Part shown: positions 12,225 through 25,900 of the stretch, one piece after another
Layout: every line of letters starts with the position of its first letter
Numbering within the stretch: position 1 is the first letter of the stretch
NCBI RefSeq assembly: GCF_009914755.1
Contig: NC_060937.1
DNA length: 64,000 nucleotides
Direction: 5' to 3' (one strand)
Source: the human T2T-CHM13v2.0 reference genome, Homo sapiens
Notes under the pieces: generated by a model
Seen by the model: only the letters and a program-made list of their open reading frames with translations
What the model was told of the DNA's origin: nothing
The model's database searches: none
Made by a program: the position numbers and the translations under genes

Positions 12225-13340
12225 CTTACTTTGAGTTTACAGAAAGAAAGGCCTGAGACGGGTATAGTGTGTAAGAGATTTATAGAGGTAGTAATTTCAA
12301 AGAACAAAAACAGGAAAATAACTGCAGGCAGATCTCCCAGGAAGCTCTGGAGTACAAATTGCAACACAGAACTTGTTCTGCTCAGATAGTGTTCTGTGAC
12401 CAGCATCCGTAAGTCATGGAATATGAGGAAGCCCTGGGAGTCGGGAGTGGGGACAGAAACTTTCAAGCATCTCAGGGATAGGAAGCTTCTGTCAGGCAAG
12501 GGTAATCCTCCAGAGAAGGACATAGCTGTAGGTGATTAGCATCCAATCTGTAGAGCAGGTTGGGCATGGGTGCACCTATTCTGGGATCGCATCTGGTTTA
12601 GGTACCAACAGCAAACCTTATAATCCCCTCTTTCCTATCTCAGAAATGCTTATTTTTCACATTCCTATCTCAGAAATGCTTATTTTTCACATTCACTTTA
12701 TGTGGTCACAATTTCTTCAGCGTTCTGGTTGCTTACAATTTCTGGGGAAATTTCCAAAAAGAGGATTTGTGAAAGAAGCTATAGCTCCCACTGATGTCGT
12801 TCATCCTGAAGTCATAACTGAAACACATTTCCCTCCTTTCTCATTCATTCTAGGATCTCCTCACACTCATCCACCTAGATCCTGAAACTGGAGGGACCTG
12901 CACTACTTCGTAGTCTGTTTGTTCTGCTTATCCGGGTGAAGATGGAACTGGACAAAAGAATACCTAGGGGTGGACCACTTGGTGCCACACTTCTTCTTCT
13001 GTGTCTCCATCATATAGCAATGGCTGTGACTCATCCCGATGATTGGGATCAATTACGCCTGCAACAGTGCCCTTTTTTGTTTCTTCATCCACTGGTCTAC
13101 AGACTTGCAGAGCCCAGGATGAACTAATAGCAACCATGGCTTTACATTTAGTGAGAATTAGGTGGAACACAGGCCTTCAAGAAGAGTCTTCCCACAAAGA
13201 AGAAGAACATCTAGACACACAGAGCCTAAATATTCATGCAGAACTTCACCAGCACAAACACCCTGCTGGAATTGGTGGTAAGTGGAACCACTTCTACTGT
13301 ACTTTTTGTCAGTTTGTAGTATCAGAGTTTTGCTAAATGT
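12225..13340 (-). mobile_element. LTR33-like ERVL LTR plus adjacent ERVL internal fragment
   Basis: GGCCTGAGACGG...GCAGATCTCCCAGGAAGCTCTGGAG...CCAGAGAAGGACATAGCTG...GGTACCAACAGC matches reverse LTR33. The adjacent 12620-13340 resembles ERVL 3' internal sequence. Confidence 0.55.
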
Positions 13341-14002
13341 GTAAGACCATGAATTAACCTTTCATTCCAAATTTAGCCATACACTTTGTTTTGATATACA
13401 GCATTTCCTGTTTTTATTCTGTAACATGCATAAATTTTCTATAGACACAGTTTTATTTTTTGTCCCAATTTGTATCTTAACAGTTTTCAGAAATTATAAA
13501 TGGTTATTTAAAAAAATACATTTATTAATTCTTAGTCTTATTTGCATTATAGGCAAAGACTATTCTGCACAGTTTTTGTCTTGAGAAAATTGAGGTTGCA
13601 TAGAATATGGCAAACTGGACAAGTGCTTCACTGATTGTTGCAAAAAAGATATGTTAACTATTCTGCAAGTATATACTTTATATATATGATTTCAGTATGA
13701 TCAGTTACTCAAATTCTCATTATTTTTGTTTACTTGATTTTTGAAAGAGCACTGTGTAAAAGGCCCTCCTAATACATATTTCTGTCAATTTCTCCTTTTA
13801 TGTATGATACATTTTTAAAATATATATATAAATTGCTACATACACTCATGAATATTTATTCTGTGTGGATTGTATCTTTTACAAAATGCCCTCTAGATCT
13901 CATTTAATACCTTTCCTTTTAAATTTCTATATTCTAATATGAATATAGCCAATCTTTCCTTTGCCTGGCATATATTTGCACAACCCTTTACTTTTAAAAA
14001 TA

Positions 14003-14338
14003 TCATGGATGGAGTTGGAAGCCATTATCCTCAGCAAACTAATGCAAGAACAGAAAACCAAACACCACATATTCTTACTTACAAGTGGGAGCTGAGTGAT
14101 GAGAACACGTGGACACATGAAGGGGGAAACAACACACACTGGGGCATGTCAGCTTTGGGGCAGGGGGAGGGAGACCAGCAGGAAAAATAGCTAATGGATG
14201 CTGAGCTTAATAACTAGACAACGAGATAATCTGTGCCACAAACCACCATGGCACACGTTTACCTATGTAACAAACCCACATATCCTGCACAGGTACCCGG
14301 AACTTAAAATAAAAGTTAAAGGAAAAAGAAAAAAAAAA
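14003..14338 (+). mobile_element. 5'-truncated L1PA (PA13-16-like) 3' end
   Basis: GGAAGCCATTATCCTCAGCAAACTAATGC...GAACTTAAAATAAAAGTT plus A tail. Possible TSD AAAAAATATC/AAAAAATCTC. Confidence 0.88.
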
Positions 14339-14886
14339 TCTCTTGTGTTTAATGTGTCTACTATATGTTATATACACTTGTCTTAAAAAAGAGCTTTATT
14401 AAAATAGATATAGATAAAAATAGATTAAGAGCCCAAATCACAAGTGTGCAGCTCAAGTAAATGTGCCCATGTAATTACCAGTCAGAACAATAAATAAGAC
14501 ATTTCTAACACACAAAAAGCATGGCTGCCTCATGAAATCCCCTGCTTCTTATTAAAAATAACCCATTTCTGTTGTAATTCATATGAAAGTTTTATGTTAT
14601 CTTATTTTTAAATTACTTTGTTTATTATTTTTTTGCTTATATATAATATTTAATTTTCTTTTCTCCAACAAAAAAAGATCCATCCTGTTTTTATTACATT
14701 GTACAAAAATCACTTTTATATTCCCCAAAGTATTACCTTTACCCCAATTTCCAAACAGAACCAAATTTAAGGTATATATAATAACTTTTGACTCCTTCCT
14801 AAAAATAAGATCAGGAATTTAGCATGCATTCCCATTCCTCATTCCCCCACTTCCTGACATTACAAATATAAAGATCATTCCCTCAG

Positions 14887-15538
14887 GAGCTCTGAGGATG
14901 AGGACACTCTGTAATAGAATGTACAGTATCCTCAAGGAAACACCATTACAGCAGAAACTGATAAGTGTGTAACGTTGCTGTTTCTTCTATTATCCTTGAA
15001 AAAAGTCAAGCCAAAGAGAAATTCAAAATAATATAACTCTTAAACAGGCAATTGATATAGAGCTCCAAAAAGCCATCATAACTGATCAACACCCAGGGAT
15101 AGCTGGATGTGGGGTTGCCGGATCTTATCTTAATGATCTCTGTTTGTTTGTTTGTTTTAATGTTTTTATGGTCTACAAAATGAAAAAAGTCATTAAATGT
15201 AATGTAGTTACAGTGTTCTAGTGAATAAGCAAGAGATCATAATCAGAAAAATATTAAGGTCAACAATAGATTATTTAGCAGGATAAATAAATTTTATACC
15301 ACCGGGGGGATACAGAAGTATTGTTTCACTCTGGTAAGAATTTGAGAGATATTGAGTGGCAGTGAGATTTTACTACCTGGAAAGTTCTGAGCACATGGTT
15401 TTCCTGAATTATCATGTTAGTGCAAGATATCATTCTTCAATTCAGAGTTGAGCATGGCAGAGAAAGTGGAATTCTCTTGGGAAAACTGAGAATTTCATGG
15501 AAATATTTGTGAATGAAAAGCTACTTCTGTAGTTGATG
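14887..15538 (+). pseudogene. Cadherin-repeat relic, block C (~2 EC repeats; clearest block)
   Basis: CCTCAG|14887. EDED (14894-14905). MYSIL (14919-14933). GN (14936). ITLKQAIDIE (15033-15062). LDVGLPDL (15103-15126). One frame from 15229 reads ARDHNQKNIKVNNRLFS...HGFPELS (to 15414). EFS...HGNICE. Donor ATG|GTGAGC at 15538/15539. Confidence 0.68.
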
Positions 15539-15555
15539 GTGAGCTGAGGAAATAA

Positions 15556-15967
<412 letters not shown>

Positions 15968-15984
15968 ACAATTTTTTAAAATTT

Positions 15985-17660
<1,676 letters not shown>

Positions 17661-17734
17661 TTAGAGTCTACACATTTGATTAATTTAAAAGTTTACTAAA
17701 GAGGATTTTTGGTAAGGTTGTGTTCAGGAAAATT

Positions 17735-19000
17735 CATGAGACTTTCAGCCCCACTTCTGCCATATAAAGAATTTGGAAGTCATTACTTTGGTTTTTACAC
17801 AAGCAAAACTGGTTAATCGGAAAATCAGTGACTTTTTTTTTTCTCAACAAAGAACTGAAGTCACAGAGCAAACTGGCACCCTGAAATCTGGAGAGATGGG
17901 TACAGCCCAAGAGAGAGACATAGCTTAGATCTGCTTGCCTGTTGCAAAAACTGCTGAGGCTGAAGCTGGAATATTTAATGGCAGTGTTGAGTAATTACTG
18001 GAAACTAAATGTAGAAAAACATGAGACTGAGAACGTCCTGGTGGCTGAAGTCTTTGCACAGGGCCGGGGGTAGGCGACATTGATAAACACACATTCCTAG
18101 GTTTTACTATCCAGAACCCTAGTAGATTCTCAGGATAAAAATTCTAGAAAGAGCTCATTAAAGCTCTGGGAAAAGCAGAGGAATATCAATCTGTGTGAAA
18201 TATACTGAGAACCTTCTCCATAACATAGACCTTCTCTCCAGGGAAAAGGACTTTGTGAGAGCCTTATCCCAGCTGTGGAAAGGGAATCCAGCCAGAGGAA
18301 ACATGAGAAAAAGTTTATATTAAGAACAGCAACAGGAACTTGAATTAGGAGATACATGCATAATTTAAAACTCGTGGAAATTAAATCTATATTGTGTGGC
18401 TATAGAAAAAGACAAATAGATTTGAACTGAATAGAAAATCCAGAAAATAGATTCCAGGTTACATAAGAATGTAATACATGATAACGTTGCTATTTCAATT
18501 TAGTAGGGTAAGAGAGGATGATTTAAAGCTTGGAGATAGCACAAGTTAGTACTTACTATTGTTTTAAAAAATAAAATTGGAAACATATTTTTCCAAAAAG
18601 GGGGGAGGAGTTCAGTTGGAATAAATACTTAAAGGGTAAGAAATAAAACCATAGATACTCATTAAGGAAATCTTGAATAAATTAAAAACTAAGACAAGGA
18701 AAGAGTTAAGTAACTAAGTCTTCTATCTAGATGCAATAAAATAAAGGAATGATATGCTTGACTATATACAAATAAAACTTTTCATGGGAAACACTCTATA
18801 AACAAAGTCAACAGACATTCAGTAGATTTGGGAAAACATAAATTTAATATAGAGTTTAGCCAGAAGGAAAAATTCATAATGAACAGAGGTTTTAAAAGAA
18901 GGAAAAAGTCACCCAATAATAAAATTGAAAACGGCCATGATAAGACAGTTCATAGAAGAGAAAATCCAAATGTTTCGCCAGTGATATAAAAACCTGCTCT
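17735..19000 (+). mobile_element. Old L1M 5'-end (L1MCa/MDa-like) plus degraded ORF2 fragments
   Basis: GAACTGAAGTCACAGAGCAAACTGGCACCCTGAAATCTGGAGAG resembles the L1MCa 5' UTR. 18400-19000 resembles degraded ORF2 (AATAGAAAATCCAGAAAATAGA). Confidence 0.5.
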
Positions 19001-19172
19001 AACACATTTGTGCTTAATAGATTAATAGGTTGATAATTTGATGTTATTATATTATGATCTTGTTTGTAGTAAAGTTGTTGAAAATACCAGATAAATAGAA
19101 GGGTCTAATTATAAAGGATTTTGTGTGCTGTTAAATAGTTTTAACAGAACTCTACAATCAATATGGGCACAG

Positions 19173-19307
19173 CGCTGGGTATGGTGCCTTGCACCTGTAA
19201 TTCCAGCTGCAAGCATGAGGTGGAAGGATTGCTTGAGGCCAGAATTTAGAGACCAGCCCGGGCAATATAGGGAGGCCCCTGTCTCTGAAACTTAAAGAAA
19301 AATAAAA
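19173..19307 (+). mobile_element. FLAM-like Alu monomer
   Basis: GCTGGGTATGGTGCCTTGCACCTGTAATTCCAGC...GAGACCAGCCCGGGCAATATAG...CCCTGTCTCT plus A-rich tail. Confidence 0.75.
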
Positions 19308-19799
19308 TGGAGATGGTGACATATTTTAGCCATGAGTAAGAGGTGGAAATAGTACAATTTATAAACAAATCAAAAATTAGTTTTAAAAGTTTTAAAAATC
19401 ATTTGCATGTGTTTCTTGATGCCAATAAATAACACAGGGAACAAAGAAGAGAAGACATTAAACAGATTTGGGGGCAGGATGATAATATCAATTTCTGTTC
19501 GATAACAAGGTTAAGATGTTATCTTGTTACTAACAAGATGAGCATATTTCTAAGAGGTGTATGGGTTGAAGGTAATGTTCCGAGTCATCAGTACATGTAG
19601 GTGGTAGTTAGGAATGGAAGAGGATCATCACTCAAGGAGATTGGAGCCAGACAATGAAAGGTGCTCTCTCTGCAGCTCTGGGTCACACCCAGAATCAAGA
19701 GTCGTATACTGAGCTGGGGCTTGTGTATCTGTCAGTGCCCACACACCCAGTATCATGTTCATATGGCTGATGTTAGAGAGCTATTTTTCTGTACTTGTG

Positions 19800-21308
19800 T
19801 TTTGGAATTCATGGAATAAAAGGAGCAGTAGTTTTATCCTTTCTGTTCAAGGCACATCATGCCAGAATCCATGGAGCAAAAAGACTGAAAAAAACAAAAG
19901 CATGCTCTGGATTAGAATATAATTCACTATGCATGAATCATGAATGCCCATTTAAATGAACATATTTACTTGAATCCAAAATATGTATTTTTGTGTATAT
20001 ATATATATATATATATATCTACCTATATATATACCATATATATATGGCCTCATTTTGTTCATTGGTTTGTTTATATTAAATTTGTGACATTTAAGTTGAA
20101 CTTTCTAGCTGATTGTTTGCAAGAGCAAAATGCTAATTTAGGTGGAAGAGACCTGATGTGGTTTGGCAGTTTGGCTCTGTGTCCCCACCCAAATCTCATG
20201 TTGAATTGTGATCGCCATAATCCCCACATGTCAAGGAGGGATCTGGTGGGAGGTGATTGGTTCATGGGAGTGGTTTTCCCCATGCTGTTCTCATGATAGT
20301 GAGTGAGTTCTCATGAGATCTGATGGTTCTGTAAGTCAGTTTTCCCTGCTCTTGCATTCTCTCTATTGCCTGCTGCCATATAAGACATGCCGTTTCCCCT
20401 TCTGCCATAATTATATGTTTCCTGAGGCCTCTCCACCCTTGTGCAGCTATAAGTCAATTAAACCTCTTTTCTATAGAAATTATCCAGTCTCCGGTATGTC
20501 TTTATAGCAGTGTGAAAACGGACCAATACAAGACCTGAATGACATTTTCTCAATTACAGTTGAGTAGAGCAAAATAATAGGACATTAATAGGACTATTCT
20601 GCTGCATAATCGTCCCTAAATCTGTGCTTAAAAGTTTTTCTTCCATTCCAAATCAATGTGCACCTAGTCACCCAAATACAGGGAGAGCATATGGAGAACT
20701 CCTGCTTCTGCCTGTGGATCAGTATAATTATGGATGGCTCCCTTTTTCACTTTAAGAATTCTCCAGGCTTGGAAGGCAAATCATGTGGTCACCTGACCAA
20801 AATAATAGAGTTTTGTGGCAGTTGACTTTACACTGTATCTTGTCTTCATATCTCCTTTAACTTACTTCATATAATTCCATAATTTTTGTCCAGATATTTT
20901 ATATTTACATCCTACCCAGAGTGGGCTGCACTTTTCTATCATTCCTTTGTATATCTATACAAATAATTAGTTGATTCAAGATTTATAAAGTATCATGTGT
21001 CAAGAAAGTGTCCATATTCTTAAGAAAATAACTGTCTAATCAGAAATTATGTCATTAGAGTATGTAATTAAAATACGATGAGGTAAATAAGAGTTGTAAA
21101 TTGACTATCTTGGTATTGTGGTGGGAGAAATTATTAGCTATAGTTGTCTCAAGAGTCAGGAGAGACCCTACAGAGAACATAAGGCTTGAATTCGGCATCG
21201 AGTAATATAATAATAATTTACAAGCTAAATTTGTGCTGAGCTTGCAATTTTTGGGAACTGACAAAATTAAGTATCTCTCTTAGATGCCAGGCTTCCTGTG
21301 GGTGGGAG
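19800..21308 (+). pseudogene. Cadherin-repeat relic, block D, split by a THE1D LTR
   Basis: SSFILSVQG. IYLNPK. FKLNFLAD. DLND reconstituted across the LTR TSD. KFFFHSKSMCT*SPKYRES in one frame (20632-20688; cf. F.ID..SG.I.T..PLDRE). ELLLLPVD. GIVVGEI (21112-21132). RDPTENIRLEFGI. FVL...ELT...LD. Confidence 0.55.
20154..20530 (+). mobile_element. THE1D MaLR solo LTR
   Basis: TGATGTGGTTTGG...CTCTGTGTCCCCACCCAAATCTC...GGACCAATACA with perfect TSD AGACC (20149-20153 / 20531-20535). Confidence 0.93.
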
Positions 21309-21865
21309 GTACCCAGAGAAGTGAGCAAAGTTTTACCTTTATTTTTCTATCCCTGGAACCAAATACAATTCTTGACATATGGTTAGAATATTATACTTGT
21401 GGTGTGAAATCAAAGTTAATAAATGGGTTTGGAAGAAAAAAAATAAAAACAACACTAATTCTCCTTTATGCCTCCAAATTCTGCCTTTCTTTTCTGACTT
21501 ACACCTACTAACCAGTGGCTACTAGGACTTGAGACTAAGTAATATTTTTAAATGGATTCTGGAGCCATTTGACAATACCAAGTCTGATCTATATTTTTAT
21601 TTTTTTCTATATTCAGGAAAGTATTTTTGATTGACCTACTATTTTACTTTTAATTTGTTGTGTTATATTCCTTACAGTATTCAGAGAAATGATAGATTTT
21701 CTGACTTCTAATAGTTTAACATCCAGTTTAAGAGATAAGATACTTCGTTAGACTCTTTAGAGGCAGAAAATGTTTATGTTATTACATGAGTGATGCAGTG
21801 AATACAAGGCTATATAATTTCAGAAAAGAAAGATCACTCAACTGGAACTCTAAAAAAGAAAAGGG

Positions 21866-22596
21866 TCTCAAAATATTAAAAATAGAGCTACTTTATGACC
21901 AATCATTCCCACTAATGGTTTTATATTCAAAGAAATTGAAATGAGTATGTTAAGAGATATCTGCATTCCCGTCTTTATAGCAGTGCATATTCCACAACAG
22001 CTAAGACATGGAATCAACCTAAGTGTCCATCAATAGATGAATGGATAGGAAATGTGGCATATATACATAATAGAATATCACTCAACCATAAAAAATGGAA
22101 TCCGACCATTTGTGACAACATGGATGAACCTGGAGGACATTACATTAAGTGAAATAAGCCCAGCACAGAAAGACAAATGTCTATATGATCTCACTCATGT
22201 GGAATATAAAAACAAAAAGTTGATCCCATAGAAGTAGAGAGTAGAATGGTGATTACCAGAGGATGGGGTGATTAGCAGGAAGGAAGAATTGGGGAGATGT
22301 TGGCCAAAGGGTACATAATTACAGTAATAGAAGAGGAGCAAATTTCAAGAGATCTATTGTACTGAAAGCTGACTAGAGCTAATGATGACATATTGTATTC
22401 TTCAAAGATGTGAAGAGAGCATTAGTTATGTGCTCTTATCACAAAAATGACAAGAGAGCCAATGCGTTTGTTAATTAGCTAGATTTAACCATTCCATAAT
22501 GTATATGTACTTCTAAACATCATGTGTACACAATAAAATCATAAGTTATCTGTCAATTTAAATGACATTTCTAAAAAAGGAAAAGAAAAAGAAAAG
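21866..22596 (+). mobile_element. L1MA (MA5-7-like) 3' fragment
   Basis: GGAATCAACCTAAGTGTCCATCAATAGATGAATGGATA...AGAAGTAGAGAGTAGAATGGTGATTACCAGAGG...TTAATTAGCTAGATTTAACCATTCC plus A-rich tail. Confidence 0.85.
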
Positions 22597-23468
22597 TTTC
22601 CTGAGAGGTAGACTTGAATGGGAAGTTAGAGGTGAAATATTATTTTGTTATATTAAGATAAGTTAAAGAATTTTCTTGTTCATAAAGGTCACAAATGCTC
22701 TGAGGACTGGATTTATCCTTTGAGATAAACGTTCCATTTATGATATCCCATCACCTTTATATTTTACTTGAGAATATTATTAGAAATAATGTCAATGAGA
22801 GGATAAGCATATAGTCCCTCAAGGTGATTATTTTTAAGAACAAAATTAACTGTACACAAACTTTCCAGTAGGATTATTTAATATTACTATTTTAATAAAA
22901 TGATCACTTTAGCTATTTAAAAATGCTGAATAAACATATTCTTTATGGTGAATGCAGAAGCAGGGGGTCGGATGGAGATTTTATAAATAGGAGGTGTTAA
23001 TTTTAAATGTTCTGTGTAATTATCTTTACTAAAATTTTAGTCCTCCTTATGCAACATCTCACATGGCTTCATGTAAGCATAGAATAAATGATTATTTGGT
23101 GACTCAGTGAATGAATTATTGAAGTAAAGTAATTCAGGTTTTCCAACTCATTTTATGAACTAGCACACCAGAGGGCTCTCCAAACATGTTTTAATCAGCA
23201 GAGTTCTGTTATGTAATTTGTTTGTATTATAATTAAATAAATCATGAAAGATTTTAAAATAAAAAAGATAATCTCTAATATAGGGATAATAATCAAAGAA
23301 AAACAATAATAATGCTTCTATTTCATCTTGTTTTTGCTTTAATTTGAATAAATATATCTACATATTTAAAATGTCTAGAATTATTATCAACTATCTAATG
23401 TGAACTACTCCACCATTAAAAATCTCGTCCATCTCTCCCAATTTGTTTTGGGTATCTGGACCATAGTA

Positions 23469-23556
23469 TTCTTCTAATTCCAAAGAATTTCCCACAAGAA
23501 AAAACAAAATGATTTCCATTTTTTTTCTTGTGGGAAATTCTTTGGAATTAAAAGAA
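23469..23556. repeat. Long inverted repeat / hairpin
   Basis: TAATTCCAAAGAATTTCCCACAAGAAAAAA (23475-23504) is the exact reverse complement of 23521-23550. Pairing extends imperfectly on both sides. Confidence 0.95.
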
Positions 23557-23843
23557 AAAATAATTTTAATAGAAGATTGCAACTGAATAGCATTCCATGT
23601 TGTCCACAAAACCTCATTATTATCACTTATCATTGTTTTTCTTCTTGTCACCTTCAGTACAAAAGTGGATAGGATTTTGCCCTACTGAATTATACTTTTA
23701 AATTCAATTAAAAATTAACATTCAGATTAATAATTGGATAAAATTATGATTAGCATAGCTTCCATGTAATTCTTAATATAGAAATTGTAAGGCAGTGGTA
23801 AGAGGTACTTTTTTAAAAAATAAAAATAACCTGTGTTAGAAAA

Positions 23844-25900
23844 GATGTCTCATCTTGGACCCCACTGGCGATTGTGTGACCTTACTGTGATTGTGGTACT
23901 CTACAGTATCTGCTCTAAATAGGGGTGCTGGGCCTGAAAGAAGAGGCTCAGTGTTTCCATCCATGTAAGTGCAGACATATGTATTTGGATGCCTATTTTT
24001 AACTTTGTAAGCCATTTTGTACTTCAAAAATAACATGGCTTTGAGCAATTTTTGCTTGTTTGCATTCAATGTTTCCCATAGCAGGGGTCAGGAACTCTAG
24101 CCATGGGGTCACTGAGTATCTCTAAATTGATTCAAAGAGTCTGTTGATAAAGAATTAAGCATAGGCAATTAGCATTGTCGATTCCTGGCAAGAAACCATA
24201 TGTCAAAATTATCGAGACTTCCCTCTTCAAATCCCACCATTGGAGTCACCATTTTCAGTAACCTCCTCTAACTCCACAATGACTCATTCTTCACCAACCT
24301 TTTCTAACAAAGATCACTACCATTCTGATACATGCAGAGACCAGCTCTTCTATTGCAACTCTCTTGCAATGGAGGTGAGGTATTGAAAAGCAAACTTTCA
24401 CTATCATGGAACAAATTTAATAATGATTACTGTAATACTTTTTCTATATATTATTTTTTCTGCATTTTGGGAGTACTTGAATTAGATACCTAAGATACTT
24501 TAAATTGCAAAAAGACATGTTAAAAATCTCAGTCATTAGAACTCTAGATGCTCCTCAGTTACTGTGGAGTTAGATTACTTTATTTGGATTACAACAGTAA
24601 CTGGGATCTTGCTTACCAATTATGTTTCCATCAAATTTTAGGTCTTTACGAACAATGTAATTCTTAAGATGAAATGTGCATATCTTGATACAGCATTGGT
24701 TTTGGTAATCAGTTTTCTACCACTTCTGTTTCTCAGTGACATAAAAATAAATCTTCTTTAAACAAATTATAATTTGTATTACCTGGAAAAAATACGTAAA
24801 TTTAAAAAATGAATTAAGAAAATAGATAAGAATATTTTAACATTTAAACCAAATTAAATTAACATCAAATAAAACATGAGAACTAATAGGCTCAGTAAAG
24901 TGATGGAAGACAGATGTTTTCAATAATCAGGGAGCAAAACAAAAATCATTTTTCCAAACTGTAACTGGTAAAATAAACGGAATTATCAGCAAATTTATTT
25001 CCTGATAACATAGTTCCAAAAGCAAGACACTGAAATGAAGGTGGCATTATTATATAGCCAGAATGTTTAGTGGTAGGCCAAGTAAATATTTGAATAACAG
25101 ATTTAGACTATTTGACAAGATACCAATAAAGTATATTTAAAATTTATCTTAGCATCAGGGACAATGTATCAAACCCTTAAAATTATAAGAAAAATGTAGC
25201 AATGGTAATTAGTTCCATATGAGCCAGGATAAGATCAGAAAAAATTGTTAACATTTTCCTATCAATAAAGGTGCATTTTAACACTTTTATTTAATTAATA
25301 CTCAATTAATTCTATTTGTCTGTACTGATATACAATATATAAGTTATTGTCTAAGGAAGAAAAATTGTTAAGAGTCAACATTTTCAAACAAGTTACATTT
25401 CATAGATAACCATTAATGGACTGACTCTCTACATTAAATAGTGAAATTTAGATCCATTATATTTAAAATAATTTCAGAAAGCATAGATCTTAAATTTATA
25501 ACAATATTTTCTTGGTTGATGATATTGTAAAATAATAGTGAAATTTATATCTTAAGAAAAAGAAAAACACTAAAATAAGATTTGTGATGAAAATAGTTGG
25601 CTATATAATTGGAATCAAAAGAAACAAATAAATAATCTTCAGGAATAGGAGATGGAAAAATAAATGAGAAAAAACCCCCAGCTATTATACATGCACAGTA
25701 GAAAGTCCCAAATTAGCTAATGTAATCTGAGACCAGAAACTTGACTGATGAAAAGACAATTGGTTTTATATTTGGAAAGGACGTAGTATCTCTTTCAAAA
25801 GATTTTAACAGGAAGTTTAACCTGAAAATTAGGTTTTAAAATACTTAGGAGTTTTGTGTCAAATCTCTATTGCTTTGATGAGAACATGCAAAAATTTATT
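23844..25900 (+). pseudogene. Cadherin-repeat relic, block E (consecutive candidate exons)
   Basis: DVSSWTPTGDCV...LQ/VSALNRGAGP/RLSVSIH then a perfect donor |GTAAGT (23965). Next acceptor CCTCAG|24559 then DYFIWITTVTGILLT (24573-24617), YEQ, HILIQ/ALVLG, donor 24705. QMFSIIREQNKNHFS/TVTGKI (24911-24975). INEKKP...SKDFNRKFNLKIRF (~25660-25840). Confidence 0.6.

Noticed and set aside
19521-19539. 9-bp-arm palindrome ATCTTGTTA-C-TAACAAGAT
   Set aside because: Too short; plausible by chance in 64 kb of AT-rich DNA.
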